Shown one piece after another: positions 11,314 through 20,969 of a stretch of 64,000 nucleotides of DNA. Source of the DNA: an uncultured delta proteobacterium. Lineage in GTDB: Bacteria; Myxococcota_A; Polyangia; Haliangiales; Haliangiaceae. Location of the stretch: NCBI GenBank assembly GCA_963848295.1, contig CAWKDB010000010.1, positions 1,920,001 through 1,984,000 on the forward strand. Direction: 5' to 3'. A model generated the notes under the pieces. It was not told where the DNA came from. It saw only the letters and a list, made by a program, of their open reading frames with translations, and ran no database searches. The number at the start of each line of letters is the position of its first letter. Within the stretch, counting starts at the first letter, position 1. A program made the position numbers and the translations under genes.

Positions 11314-12131
11314 TGCGCGCTGCACTCGTCATCGCACTCTCGCTCGGTTTCTCCTTGCGCGCGGTCGCCGCCGATCCGCCTCCCGGCTCGCCCGCGTGGG
11401 CCGAGCAAGCCGACGTCACGGAGCACCTCGGCGACCAGCTTCCCCTCGATCTCCGGTTCACAGACAGCACCGGCCATCCGATCGAGCTCCGCCAGCTGTT
11501 CGACGGCGTTCATCCGGTGCTGCTCGTGCTCGCTTACTACGAGTGCCCGCAGCTGTGCAGTCTCGTGCTCGCTGGTGCCGTCTCGGCGATGCGGCAGCTC
11601 GACACGTGGGGCTGGAAGCTCGGACCGCAATATCGCGTCGCCACGATCAGCTTCGATTCTACCGAGCGCATCGATCAAGCGGCGCGCAAGCAGGCGAGCG
11701 TGGTCGGCACGCTCGGCGCCCCGCTCGAGGCATGGCCGTTCTTCGTCGGCAACGAGGCCAACGTGCGCGCGCTCACCGACCATCTCGGCTTCAAGTTCTT
11801 GCGTGATCCGCGCACCGGCAATATCGCGCACGCCGCGGTCGTGTTCGTGTTGACCCCCGACGGCAAGATCTCGCGCTACCTGTACGGCACCGACTACGCG
11901 CCCCGCGATCTCAAGCTCGCGCTGCTCGAGGCCTCCGATGGCAAGACCGGTTCGTTCGGCGACAAGATCCTGCTGCGCTGCTTTCATTACGATCCGACGA
12001 CCCGGCGCTACGGTCTGTTCATCAGCCGATTCATGAAGGTCGGAGGGCTCCTGATCCTCGTAATCGCGCTCGTCATCGGTCGCATTTTTTGGCGCCACGA
12101 GCGGCGGCGCGCGCGGAGGGGCGTGGCGTGA
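11313..12131 (+). CDS. SCO1/SenC copper chaperone
   Basis: Signal peptide, YYECPQLC, conserved His (IAHAA) and C-terminal TM helix. Confidence 0.9.
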   Translation: MRAALVIALSLGFSLRAVAADPPPGSPAWAEQADVTEHLGDQLPLDLRFTDSTGHPIELRQLFDGVHPVLLVLAYYECPQLCSLVLAGAVSAMRQLDTWGWKLGPQYRVATISFDSTERIDQAARKQASVVGTLGAPLEAWPFFVGNEANVRALTDHLGFKFLRDPRTGNIAHAAVVFVLTPDGKISRYLYGTDYAPRDLKLALLEASDGKTGSFGDKILLRCFHYDPTTRRYGLFISRFMKVGGLLILVIALVIGRIFWRHERRRARRGVA

Positions 12132-13183
12132 ACGAGCTGCTCCGTCACGCGTTGAATTTGCCGCCGCAGCGGTCGTCGATCGCGAGCTCGGTCGATCATC
12201 TACATTATGTGGTGATCCTGTGCACGATCGCCGGTGCGATGGTCGCGGGCGGGTTCGGCGCGATGTTCCTGGTGCGCTACCGGCGCCGCACCAAAGCCAT
12301 CCCGCTGACCCCATACGTGGTCGTCCCGCGCTGGCTCGAGGCGCTCGTGATCGCGGGGCTGCTCTCGCTGTTCTGCGGGTTCTGGGTCGTCGGGTTCTCG
12401 CAGTACACCACGATCGAATCCGCGCCTCCCGACGCGCTGCCGATCTACGTCACCGCCAAGCAGTGGATGTGGCAGTTCGCGTATCCCGACGGCCCGACGT
12501 CGGCGAACGTCCTGACCGTGCCGGTCGGCCGGCCGATCAAGCTGATCATGACGTCGCGCGACGTGATCCACAGCTTCTTCGTGCCCGACTTCCGGATCAA
12601 GCAGGACGTCGTGCCGGGACGCACGATGACGACCTGGTTCGAAGCCATCGCGCCGGGCACATCGGACGTATTGTGCTCGCAATACTGCGGCACCCGGCAC
12701 TCGCTGATGCGCGCGCAGGTCGTCGCCCTCCGACCGGCTGACTATGCGCGCTGGCTCGCGACCGCACGAGGTCCGCTCGCGTTGCCGGGCGCCAAGGGCA
12801 ATGGCATCGGGCTCGCCGCCACCGGCAAAGCTGTCGCGGCCGCGCACGGCTGTCTGCGCTGCCACTCGATCGACGGTACGCCGTTCATCGGCCCGACCTG
12901 GGCCAACGCGTTCGGCAGGCAGCGGCCCACCGCGGACGGCCGCTCGGTACTCGTCGACGAAGCCTATTTGACCGAGTCGATGATGGACCCCAAGGCGGTG
13001 ATCGCGGCGGGCTTTCAACCGGTGATGCCGTCGTATCAGGGGCTGCTCTCGCCCGAGGATATCTCCGCGATCATCGAGTACATCCGTTCGCTGCGCGACG
13101 TGCAGCCCGTGGTCGCGGAGCCGCCGCCGGTCGCCCCGATCACCTACCCGCCAGGAGCGCCCCATGACGCCGCCACCGACTGA
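12128..13183 (+). CDS. coxB: Cytochrome c oxidase subunit II with fused cytochrome c (caa3 type)
   Basis: QWMW, DVIHSF, CuA motif CSQYCGTRHSLM and C-terminal CLRCH...MP. Confidence 0.93.
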   Translation: MNELLRHALNLPPQRSSIASSVDHLHYVVILCTIAGAMVAGGFGAMFLVRYRRRTKAIPLTPYVVVPRWLEALVIAGLLSLFCGFWVVGFSQYTTIESAPPDALPIYVTAKQWMWQFAYPDGPTSANVLTVPVGRPIKLIMTSRDVIHSFFVPDFRIKQDVVPGRTMTTWFEAIAPGTSDVLCSQYCGTRHSLMRAQVVALRPADYARWLATARGPLALPGAKGNGIGLAATGKAVAAAHGCLRCHSIDGTPFIGPTWANAFGRQRPTADGRSVLVDEAYLTESMMDPKAVIAAGFQPVMPSYQGLLSPEDISAIIEYIRSLRDVQPVVAEPPPVAPITYPPGAPHDAATD

Positions 13184-14780
13184 CTACCTGCGCGCGAGAA
13201 GCGGCATCAAGTCGTGGCTGACGACCACCGACCACAAGCGGATCGCGCTGATGTTCTTCGTCGCGGTCACGCTCGCGATGATGCTCGGCGGTGCGTTCGC
13301 GATGGCGTTGCGCACCAAGCTGCTGATTCCGGGCCCGGCCCTGTTCAGCCCGCTCACGTACAACCGGTTGTTCACGCTCCACGGCGTGACGATGGTGTTC
13401 CTGTTCATGATCCCCGCGATCCCGACGGTGTTCGGCAACTTCTTCCTGCCGATGATGGTCGGCGCGAAGGATCTCGCGTTCCCGCGACTCAACCTCGCGA
13501 GCTTCTACGTCTACTTCGCGGGCGCCACCCTGACGCTGTGGGGCATGATCCACGGCGGCGCCGATACCGGCTGGACGTTCTACGCCCCGTATGCGACCGC
13601 GTCGCCGACCGATGTCGCGCCGATCGCGATCGGCGTGTTCGTGCTCGGCGTGTCGTCGATCATGACGGGCCTCAACTTCATCGCCACGACCCACATGCTG
13701 CGTCGTAGCGGGCTCCGGTGGTTCAAGCTGCCGCTCTTCGTGTGGGCGATCTACGCCACGAGCGTGATCCAGGTGCTCGCGACGCCGGTGCTCGGCCTAT
13801 CGGTGATCCTCGTCGCGCTCGATCACGCGCTGCACATGGGAATGTTCGATCCAGCGCTCGGCGGTGATCCGGTGCTGTTCCAGCATCTGTTCTGGTTCTA
13901 TTCGCACCCCGCCGTCTACATCATGATCTTGCCGGCGATGGGCGTGATCGCAGAGATCGTGCCTACGTTCTCGAAGAAGAACCTCCTGTCGTACAACGCA
14001 CTCGCGTATTCATCGCTCGGCATCGCCTTCGTCGGGTTCTTGACGTGGGGCCATCACATGTTCGTCGCCGGGATCTCGCAATTCGACGCCGCGCTCTTCG
14101 GGCTGCTCTCGATGTTCGTCGCGATCTTCTCGGCGATCAAAGTGTTCACGTGGATCGGCACGATGTATCGCGGCTCGATCACGTTCAACACACCGATGCT
14201 GTACTTCTTCTCGTTCGTCTTCTTGTTCGTGTTCGGCGGGATGACCGGCGTCGCGGTCGCGACCACGTCGCTCGACGTCCACTGGCACGACACCTACTTC
14301 GTGGTCGCGCACTTTCACTTCATCATGGTCGGCGGCACGCTGACCGCGTTCCTCGCCGCGATCCACTACTGGTTTCCGAAGATGTTCGGCCGGATGTACC
14401 CCGAGCGCCTCGGCCTGCTCTCCGCATCGCTCGTGTTCGTCGGCTTCAACCTGACGTTCTTCCCTCAGTTCCTGCTCGGCAATGCCGGCATGCCGCGGCG
14501 CTACTACAGCTACCCGGCTCGCTATCACGTCCTGAATGTGTTCTCGACGTGTGGCGCGTATCTACTCGGGCTGGCGATGACGATCACGCTGATCTACTTG
14601 CTCGTGTCGCTCAAGTACGGCAAGCGCGCCCCCGCCAATCCGTGGGGCTCGCGCGGCTTCGAGTGGCGCACGACCTCACCTCCGCCCGTCCACAACTTCG
14701 TGGTGCCGTTCGATCCCGCGTACGGCGCGTACTCGTACAACGAGCCACCTCCGCCAGACCATCCGACGGAATCGGAATGA
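13164..14780 (+). CDS. coxA: Cytochrome c oxidase subunit I (A2 type)
   Basis: [16 protein letters not shown] (YS motif), WGHHM and HFHF. Confidence 0.95.
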   Translation: MTPPPTDYLRARSGIKSWLTTTDHKRIALMFFVAVTLAMMLGGAFAMALRTKLLIPGPALFSPLTYNRLFTLHGVTMVFLFMIPAIPTVFGNFFLPMMVGAKDLAFPRLNLASFYVYFAGATLTLWGMIHGGADTGWTFYAPYATASPTDVAPIAIGVFVLGVSSIMTGLNFIATTHMLRRSGLRWFKLPLFVWAIYATSVIQVLATPVLGLSVILVALDHALHMGMFDPALGGDPVLFQHLFWFYSHPAVYIMILPAMGVIAEIVPTFSKKNLLSYNALAYSSLGIAFVGFLTWGHHMFVAGISQFDAALFGLLSMFVAIFSAIKVFTWIGTMYRGSITFNTPMLYFFSFVFLFVFGGMTGVAVATTSLDVHWHDTYFVVAHFHFIMVGGTLTAFLAAIHYWFPKMFGRMYPERLGLLSASLVFVGFNLTFFPQFLLGNAGMPRRYYSYPARYHVLNVFSTCGAYLLGLAMTITLIYLLVSLKYGKRAPANPWGSRGFEWRTTSPPPVHNFVVPFDPAYGAYSYNEPPPPDHPTESE

Positions 14781-15403
14781 TCGAGCACGAAGTTCAATAC
14801 GATTCGATCGAGCGCCAGCACGCGACTGCGCGCCTCGGGATCTGGATCTTTCTGGGCAGCGAGCTCCTGTTATTCGCCGGTCTGTTCACGCTGTTCGTGG
14901 CGTATCGCTTCCAGTACCCCGCGGAGTTTCGCGCGGCCTCGGCGCACGCCAACGTCCTGATCGGCACGGTCAACACGTACCTGCTCTTGACGTCGAGCCT
15001 CACGGTCGCACTCGCGATCCATGCCGCCCGCCACGGACATCGCGGTCGCATCGTGATGTTCCTCGCAATCACGATCGCGCTCGGGATCGCGTTCGATGTG
15101 TTGAAGGGCATCGAATACGCCGAGCACGTGTCCAAGGGTATCGCGCCCGGTCACTACTACTCGTTCTCCGCGCTTCCCGCCCACGGCGCGGTCTTGTACT
15201 TCACGCTGTACTACCTGCTCACGGGGATCCACGCGATCCATGTCACCGGTGGCCTGATCATGCTCGTCTGGCTGGCGGTCAAAGCAAAGCGCGGCGACTT
15301 CACCCCGAGCTCGCACATCACCCTCGAGCTTGGCGGATTGTATTGGCACCTCGTCGACGTGGTGTGGCTCTTCCTATGGCCTCTGATCTACCTCATCCGA
15401 TGA
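14777..15403 (+). CDS. coxC: Cytochrome c oxidase subunit III
   Basis: WIFLGSELLLF, TGIHAIHV and GLYWHLVDVVW motifs. Confidence 0.93.
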   Translation: MIEHEVQYDSIERQHATARLGIWIFLGSELLLFAGLFTLFVAYRFQYPAEFRAASAHANVLIGTVNTYLLLTSSLTVALAIHAARHGHRGRIVMFLAITIALGIAFDVLKGIEYAEHVSKGIAPGHYYSFSALPAHGAVLYFTLYYLLTGIHAIHVTGGLIMLVWLAVKAKRGDFTPSSHITLELGGLYWHLVDVVWLFLWPLIYLIR

Positions 15404-15852
15404 CCCAGCCCTCCCAGCCATCCGCGCTGACCTACGTGATCGTGTGGCTTGCACTCGCGTCGCTCGCGACCCTGTCACTGTTGGCATCGTACGCGCACCT
15501 CGGCGATTGGAACGTGGTCTTCGCGTTCGCGATCGCGACGGTCAAGGCGGGGCTCGTATTTGCGGTCTTCATGCATCTCATGCACGGGCCGCCGCTTCAC
15601 CGCATCGTCATCGTCGTTGCGATGTGCTTCGTCGCGCTGATCATTCTTGGCGTGCTCGCGGATGTCGCCACTCGATCGGTCGCCAGTCCGTATGCGCTGG
15701 GATCACGCGATCGACGACCCACGACGGGCGTTCGCCTCGGCGTCCGACGCGCTCAGGACGGACGACCTATCTGCTTCGCGCCCTTCGCGAGCAGGAGCAC
15801 CGGCAGCATGCAGGCAGCGAGGATCGCCATCGTGCGCATCGCGTCGACGTAG
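15400..15852 (+). CDS. coxD: Cytochrome c oxidase subunit IV (C-terminus probably extended by read-through)
   Basis: Three TM helices with IATVKAGLVFAVFMHL; the 3' end overlaps the convergent MFS gene by 100 nt. Confidence 0.8.
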   Translation: MTQPSQPSALTYVIVWLALASLATLSLLASYAHLGDWNVVFAFAIATVKAGLVFAVFMHLMHGPPLHRIVIVVAMCFVALIILGVLADVATRSVASPYALGSRDRRPTTGVRLGVRRAQDGRPICFAPFASRSTGSMQAARIAIVRIAST

Positions 15853-17342
15853 GCGAGCTGGGTCGCTTGCACCTGCAGCTGGCGGTACGCGACCGCGAGC
15901 GCGTCGTGCGCCGCATCTGGCGCCGAGCGGCCGGCGTGCTCGAGCACGCGCGCGATGCCTTGGAGTTGGGCGACGAATGCCGGGTTGTAGTTGTTGGTGT
16001 GGCTTGCGAGGTAGGTCTGATGCATCTGCGCGTGGCGTGCGAGCTGCGTCGTGGCCAGCGCGATGCCGAGCGAGCCGCCCAAGTTACGCCCGAGGTTCAG
16101 CACGCCGGACACGGCGTTGTTCTGCTCCGGTCGAACGTGCGCATAGACGAGCGTGTTGATCGGAACGAACAGCAGCGAGAGCCCGACGACCTGGTAGACG
16201 CGCATCAGGATCGCGCTGCGAAAGTCGATGCCGACGTAGAGGTGGGTCGACATGTAGAACAGCGAGACCACGAGCATCGAAGCGCCGGTCGCGATCAGCC
16301 ATCGCGCATCGACCCTCGAGACCAGCGCGCCGGCCACGGGCATCAGCAGGATCAGCGCGAACCCGCCGGGCGACAACGTCTCGCCGGCTTGCTGTGCGCT
16401 GTAGCCCATCAACGTCTGCTCGAACGTCGGCAGCAGCACGGTCGGCGCGTACAGCACCATGCCGAGCAGCAGCATCAACAGGCTCGAGCTCGCGAAGGTC
16501 CGGTTCGTGAACATCCGGACGTCGATGACGGGATGGCGCTGGCGCCACTCCCACAGCACGAACCCGATGAGCCCGGCGCCGGCGATGATCGCGAAGCCGA
16601 CGATCGACGACGCGTTGAACCAATCGTCCTCTTGGCCCTTATCGAGCACGAACTCGAGCGAGCCCAGGCCGACCGCGATCAGGCCGAGGCCGATGTAGTC
16701 GATGCCTCCGGAGCGCTCGCGCATCTGCGCGAGGTGCGGCGGGTCGGTGACCACGTGCGAGGTGAGCAGCAGCGAGACGAGGCCGACCGGGATGTTGATG
16801 AAGAAGATCCACCGCCAGCTGAAGTGATCGGTGATGAAACCGCCGACCGTCGGGCCGATCGCCGGCGCGAGCACGACCGCCATGCCGTAGATCGCCATCG
16901 CCATGCCGCGCGATCGCGGCGGAAACGTGTCCGCGAGGATCGCCTGCTCGCTCGGCGCGAGCCCGCCGCCGCCAATACCCTGCAGCACGCGAAACAGCAC
17001 GAGTAGATCGAGGCTCGGCGCGATGCCGCACAAGAACGAGCTCGCGACGAACAGCCCGACGCTGAGCATGTAGTAGCGCTTGCGCCCGATCTTCGTCGCG
17101 AGCCAGCCGCTGATCGGTAGGACGATCGCGTTCGACACCAGGTACGACGTCAGGATCCACGTGCTCTCGTCCTCGGTCGCCGATAGGTTGCCTGCGATGT
17201 GCGGCAGGCTCACGTTCGCGATGCTCGTATCGAGCACCTCCATGAACGTCGCCATCGAGACGACGAGCGCGATGCCCCACGGATTGTGGCCGCCCGTCCA
17301 TCCGCTATCGAAGTACGCCGGGCGAGCTTCGCCCGCGGTCAC
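15753..17342 (-). CDS. DHA2 (EmrB/QacA) MFS efflux permease
   Basis: FMEVLDTSIANVSLPHI and WRWIFFINIPVG; GTGA coupling to the HlyD gene. Confidence 0.93.
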   Translation of the reverse strand: MTAGEARPAYFDSGWTGGHNPWGIALVVSMATFMEVLDTSIANVSLPHIAGNLSATEDESTWILTSYLVSNAIVLPISGWLATKIGRKRYYMLSVGLFVASSFLCGIAPSLDLLVLFRVLQGIGGGGLAPSEQAILADTFPPRSRGMAMAIYGMAVVLAPAIGPTVGGFITDHFSWRWIFFINIPVGLVSLLLTSHVVTDPPHLAQMRERSGGIDYIGLGLIAVGLGSLEFVLDKGQEDDWFNASSIVGFAIIAGAGLIGFVLWEWRQRHPVIDVRMFTNRTFASSSLLMLLLGMVLYAPTVLLPTFEQTLMGYSAQQAGETLSPGGFALILLMPVAGALVSRVDARWLIATGASMLVVSLFYMSTHLYVGIDFRSAILMRVYQVVGLSLLFVPINTLVYAHVRPEQNNAVSGVLNLGRNLGGSLGIALATTQLARHAQMHQTYLASHTNNYNPAFVAQLQGIARVLEHAGRSAPDAAHDALAVAYRQLQVQATQLAYVDAMRTMAILAACMLPVLLLAKGAKQIGRPS

Positions 17343-18601
17343 CGCACCCTCACCTTGACCTCCACCGACATCCCGGGGCGCAGCCGGTCTAACCCCGGCT
17401 GGCCGCGGTCGAGCGCGACGCGCACCGGGAGGCGCTGGACCACCTTGACGTAGTTGCCGGTCGCGTTCTCCGGCGGCAGTACGCTGAGCCGCGATCCGGT
17501 CGCGCCGCCGAACGCCTCGATCGAACCGTGCAGCGTCCGGTCGATCGCGTCGACGTGGACCTCGGCGGCAAGCCCGACGTGCATACGCTCGATCTGCGTC
17601 TCGCGGAAGTTCGCGGTGACCCACAGCGACTCGGTCTGCGCGATCGCCATCAGCTCTTGGCCAGGCGCGACGCGATCGCCGACGTCGACCGACTTTCTGC
17701 CCACCACGCCGGCGACCGGCGCGGCGATCTTCGCGTAGCCGAGGTTGAGGCGCGCCTGGTCGAGCTCTGCCTTCGCGAGGTCGCGGGCGGCGGTCCGTGC
17801 GAGCACCGCGGCGCGTTGCGTATCTTCTTCGCGCGGTGCGTTTGCTTCGATCTCGATCAGCTTGCTGCGGGCCAACGCCAGCTTCTGCTGTTGCTCGTCG
17901 ATGCGTTCGCGTGCGGCTTCGAGCGAATGCTCGAGCGCGTCGACGTTGGAGGCAGACGCTCTCGCGGCGTTGATCCGCTGGTCGGCCTCGGATCTCGGGA
18001 TCGCGCCACCGTCGACCAACTGCTCTGCGCGGCCGCGATCGAGCTGCGCTGTGTCGTCGAGTGCGCGGGCCTGCGCGAGCCGGGCGCGTCCCTGCTCGAA
18101 CGACTGGTTCGCCTCGGCGACCGACGCCTGCGCCGCCGCGAGGTCCGATCGACTGCTTGCCAGCGCGGCGCGATTGCTCGCCTCGGTGATCGATACGCTT
18201 GGCTGTTGCTGCGAGAGCTCGGCGCCGGCGCGCGCGAACGACGCTTTGGCCTCCGCGGCTGCGACCTCGAGGTCGGACGGATCGAGCTCGAGCAACGGCT
18301 GGCCCGCCTTGATCGGCTGATCCTCGACGACATACACCGCCTTCACGGTCCCCGCGACGCGCGGGCTCAGCTCGGTAATGTCGCCGTCGATCTCGGCGTC
18401 GTCCGTCGTCTCGAATTGCCGCGCATAGAGCCAATAGCCGAACCCGACCAGCGCGACCACGGTGACGCCGCCGGCGATCAGTAGCCACTTGCGACGCGAT
18501 CGCCGCGGCGTGTCGGGCGGTATGTCTCTCGCCGTGGCGGCAGGTCGCTCGGGCGCCGGCGGTGACGCCGGTGCGGCATCCTCATTCGCTCGCTCGGCCA
18601 T
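17339..18601 (-). CDS. EmrA/HlyD-family membrane fusion protein
   Basis: N-terminal TM, TTDDA, coiled coil and PPENATGNYVKVVQR. Confidence 0.93.
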   Translation of the reverse strand: MAERANEDAAPASPPAPERPAATARDIPPDTPRRSRRKWLLIAGGVTVVALVGFGYWLYARQFETTDDAEIDGDITELSPRVAGTVKAVYVVEDQPIKAGQPLLELDPSDLEVAAAEAKASFARAGAELSQQQPSVSITEASNRAALASSRSDLAAAQASVAEANQSFEQGRARLAQARALDDTAQLDRGRAEQLVDGGAIPRSEADQRINAARASASNVDALEHSLEAARERIDEQQQKLALARSKLIEIEANAPREEDTQRAAVLARTAARDLAKAELDQARLNLGYAKIAAPVAGVVGRKSVDVGDRVAPGQELMAIAQTESLWVTANFRETQIERMHVGLAAEVHVDAIDRTLHGSIEAFGGATGSRLSVLPPENATGNYVKVVQRLPVRVALDRGQPGLDRLRPGMSVEVKVRVR

Positions 18602-18799
18602 ACTGCGGTTCGTAGATTCAACTCTCGTGCCGCGCGATGCTCCGGTGAGCGTGCGCGAATCGGTACGGTGGGCTGCGAGTGCGTCACACCCGTCACACCG
18701 TGGCCGTCATGCGCGCCGCCGCGAGCCGTGCGCGACCGCCGGGGCCATCGCGTGGACTTCAAATGCGGCTTTCGGCCGGGAGGCCACGTCCGGAACAGC

Positions 18800-19954
18800 A
18801 TGACCGGTGTCTCCAGAGATGATCGTGCCTCGATCGCGCTTGTCGTACTCTGCGCAGCCGGCTGTGGCCACGGAGCGAACGAGCGCACCGATGCTGGACT
18901 TGGCGACGCGACGTCGGATTCGTCGTCCGATACGGGCGGCACCGGGTCCGACTCGGGCAACACGGGCCCGTGCGGCGGCGCTGTCTGTTACGCCGGGCAG
19001 TCGTGCGTCAGCGACCAGTGTTCCTTTACCGCGTGCAGCGGTGCTCACGTGCCGGGAGACTACGCCACGATCCAACAGGCGATCGATGCGCTGACCCACG
19101 CCGGTGGTCACGGAACGATCTGTCTTGCTGCACAAACCTATGCCGAGAGTCCTTCGCTCGTCATGGGTAGCGTCACGATCCAAGGCGTATCGCCGAGCCA
19201 ATCGCGTGTGACCGGCGCCCTCGACATGCCGTATGGCGCTGGCCTGGGAGATGTCGGCGTAAGTCTGGTGGGGCTCGCGATCCATGGCGTGACGCTTCGA
19301 ACAGGCGCGAATCCCGGAAACGGCACGGCGTCGTTCACCGCGTGCTCGATCGGGACCCTCAACATCGCCGCGGGGAGCGCGACGGTCGCGGTCTCGCTCG
19401 ACGGGGTCGACATATCGTCCGGCGACGCCGCCGCTGCGATCACGGTCGGACAGTCGCAAGGAGCGTTCTCGATCTCGGTGGAAAATTCCTATATCCATGA
19501 CTCCGGTTACGGCCTTCAGTTCACGAGCAGCACCGCGTCGACCGCGACCGCCTCGCTGACCTTTCTCGACAACACGTTCGAGCACGACGGCACCGCGATA
19601 GCGACGCCGGAGGGTTGCGTCGATCTCGAGGTCTGCGGTCAACCCGTCGTCAACTACTTCAACAACGTGTTCACCAACAACACGCTTGCCATCGAGACCG
19701 AGACCAACGAAGTCATCGCGGACGGCAACAACGCGCTATTCGCGAACACGACGAACTACGCTGGCATCGCAACGGATGGCCCTGGCTACGTGAAATCGGA
19801 TCCCCTGCTCGACGCGTCGACCACCCCACCCGGGCTCGACGCCGGATCGCCTTGTCGTGGCGCTGGCGATCCCTCGCACGCGTCGCCGCACGATTTTTGG
19901 GGGAGGCCGCGCGGATCCGCGATCGATATCGGCGCCGTTCAATCATCGCCGTAG
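18800..19954 (+). CDS. Secreted lipoprotein, parallel beta-helix with choice-of-anchor-Q-like C-terminus
   Basis: Lipobox AAGC, Cys-rich linker, VPGDYATIQQAID, Asn-rich strands and GSPCRGAG...DFWGRPR..IDIGA. Start codon uncertain. Confidence 0.7.
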   Translation: MTGVSRDDRASIALVVLCAAGCGHGANERTDAGLGDATSDSSSDTGGTGSDSGNTGPCGGAVCYAGQSCVSDQCSFTACSGAHVPGDYATIQQAIDALTHAGGHGTICLAAQTYAESPSLVMGSVTIQGVSPSQSRVTGALDMPYGAGLGDVGVSLVGLAIHGVTLRTGANPGNGTASFTACSIGTLNIAAGSATVAVSLDGVDISSGDAAAAITVGQSQGAFSISVENSYIHDSGYGLQFTSSTASTATASLTFLDNTFEHDGTAIATPEGCVDLEVCGQPVVNYFNNVFTNNTLAIETETNEVIADGNNALFANTTNYAGIATDGPGYVKSDPLLDASTTPPGLDAGSPCRGAGDPSHASPHDFWGRPRGSAIDIGAVQSSP

Positions 19955-19963
19955 CTCCAATAG

Positions 19964-20785
19964 CTACCGCACGAATTCGAGCAAGGCCTTGTTGACCTCG
20001 GTCGCGTGAGTCCAGATGCAGCCGTGCGGCGCGTTCTTGATGAGGTGCAAGTGCGCGTGCTTCACGAACTGCGGCATCCGCTTGCCGCTCGCCTCGGCGG
20101 GGACGATGCGGTCGGAGTCGCCGTGGATGACGAGCGTCGGCGCGGTGATCGTCTTGACGTCCGGCCGGAAGTCCTCCAACCACGCGTCGACGCACTTCAG
20201 CATCGCGCCGTACGACGAGCCCGCGGCGACGTTGAACGAAGCTCCGAGCGCGGCGTCGCTGATCTTCGTCTGGTCCTTGTTGTAGAAGTTGGCGAAGAAC
20301 TCGCCCAGAAACTCGAAGCGATCGTGCTCGATACCCTGCTTGATGCCTTCGAACACCGAAGGATCGACGCCGTCTGGGTTGTTGCCGTCTTTGCGCAGCG
20401 CCGGCGCGATCGACGAGACGAACGCGCACTTCGCGACGCCCTTGCCGTTGTACTTGCTCATGTAGCGAGCGACTTCGCCACCGCCCATCGAGAACCCGAC
20501 GAGCGCGAGGTCGCGCAAACCGAGCGTGTCGATGACCTTCGCGGTGTCGCCGGCGAGGGTGTCGTAGTCGTAGCCCGCTGCGGGCGCCGAGCTGCGACCG
20601 AAGCCACGACGGTCGTACGTGATCACGCGGAAGCCCGCCGCCAGCAACATCGAGGATTGCCGCTCCCACGAGCTGCCGTTCAACGGCCAACCGTGAACGA
20701 GCAGCACCGGTTTTCCGGAGCCGCGGTCTTCGTAATACAGTTGGATATCCGCGCTGTTTTCTTTTCCGACGGTGATGAATGCCAT
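19964..20785 (-). CDS. Alpha/beta hydrolase, non-heme haloperoxidase/arylesterase family
   Basis: HGWP, YDRRGFGRS, GFSMGG nucleophile elbow, HGDSD and PHG. Confidence 0.92.
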   Translation of the reverse strand: MAFITVGKENSADIQLYYEDRGSGKPVLLVHGWPLNGSSWERQSSMLLAAGFRVITYDRRGFGRSSAPAAGYDYDTLAGDTAKVIDTLGLRDLALVGFSMGGGEVARYMSKYNGKGVAKCAFVSSIAPALRKDGNNPDGVDPSVFEGIKQGIEHDRFEFLGEFFANFYNKDQTKISDAALGASFNVAAGSSYGAMLKCVDAWLEDFRPDVKTITAPTLVIHGDSDRIVPAEASGKRMPQFVKHAHLHLIKNAPHGCIWTHATEVNKALLEFVR

Positions 20786-20828
20786 GCGCGCAGCATGCCT
20801 CCCGATCCGCGCAGGTTCTCGTTCACGC

Positions 20829-20844
20829 GCGCGAAATTTCGCGC
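20829..20844. promoter_or_regulatory. Perfect 16-bp palindrome GCGCGAAATTTCGCGC in a divergent intergenic region (candidate operator)
   Basis: Read directly; lies between the hydrolase (-) and radical SAM (+) starts. Confidence 0.35.
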
Positions 20845-20969
20845 TCCGGAGTGCGCGACATGAGCTCGCCGCCGCTCACTCTTCGAGCAACGCAACCAAC
20901 GACGCGGCTCCACCCGCATCGGGCTCACCGTCCCCGACCGCGCTACCATCGGGTAGTGGAGCCTCCGGT

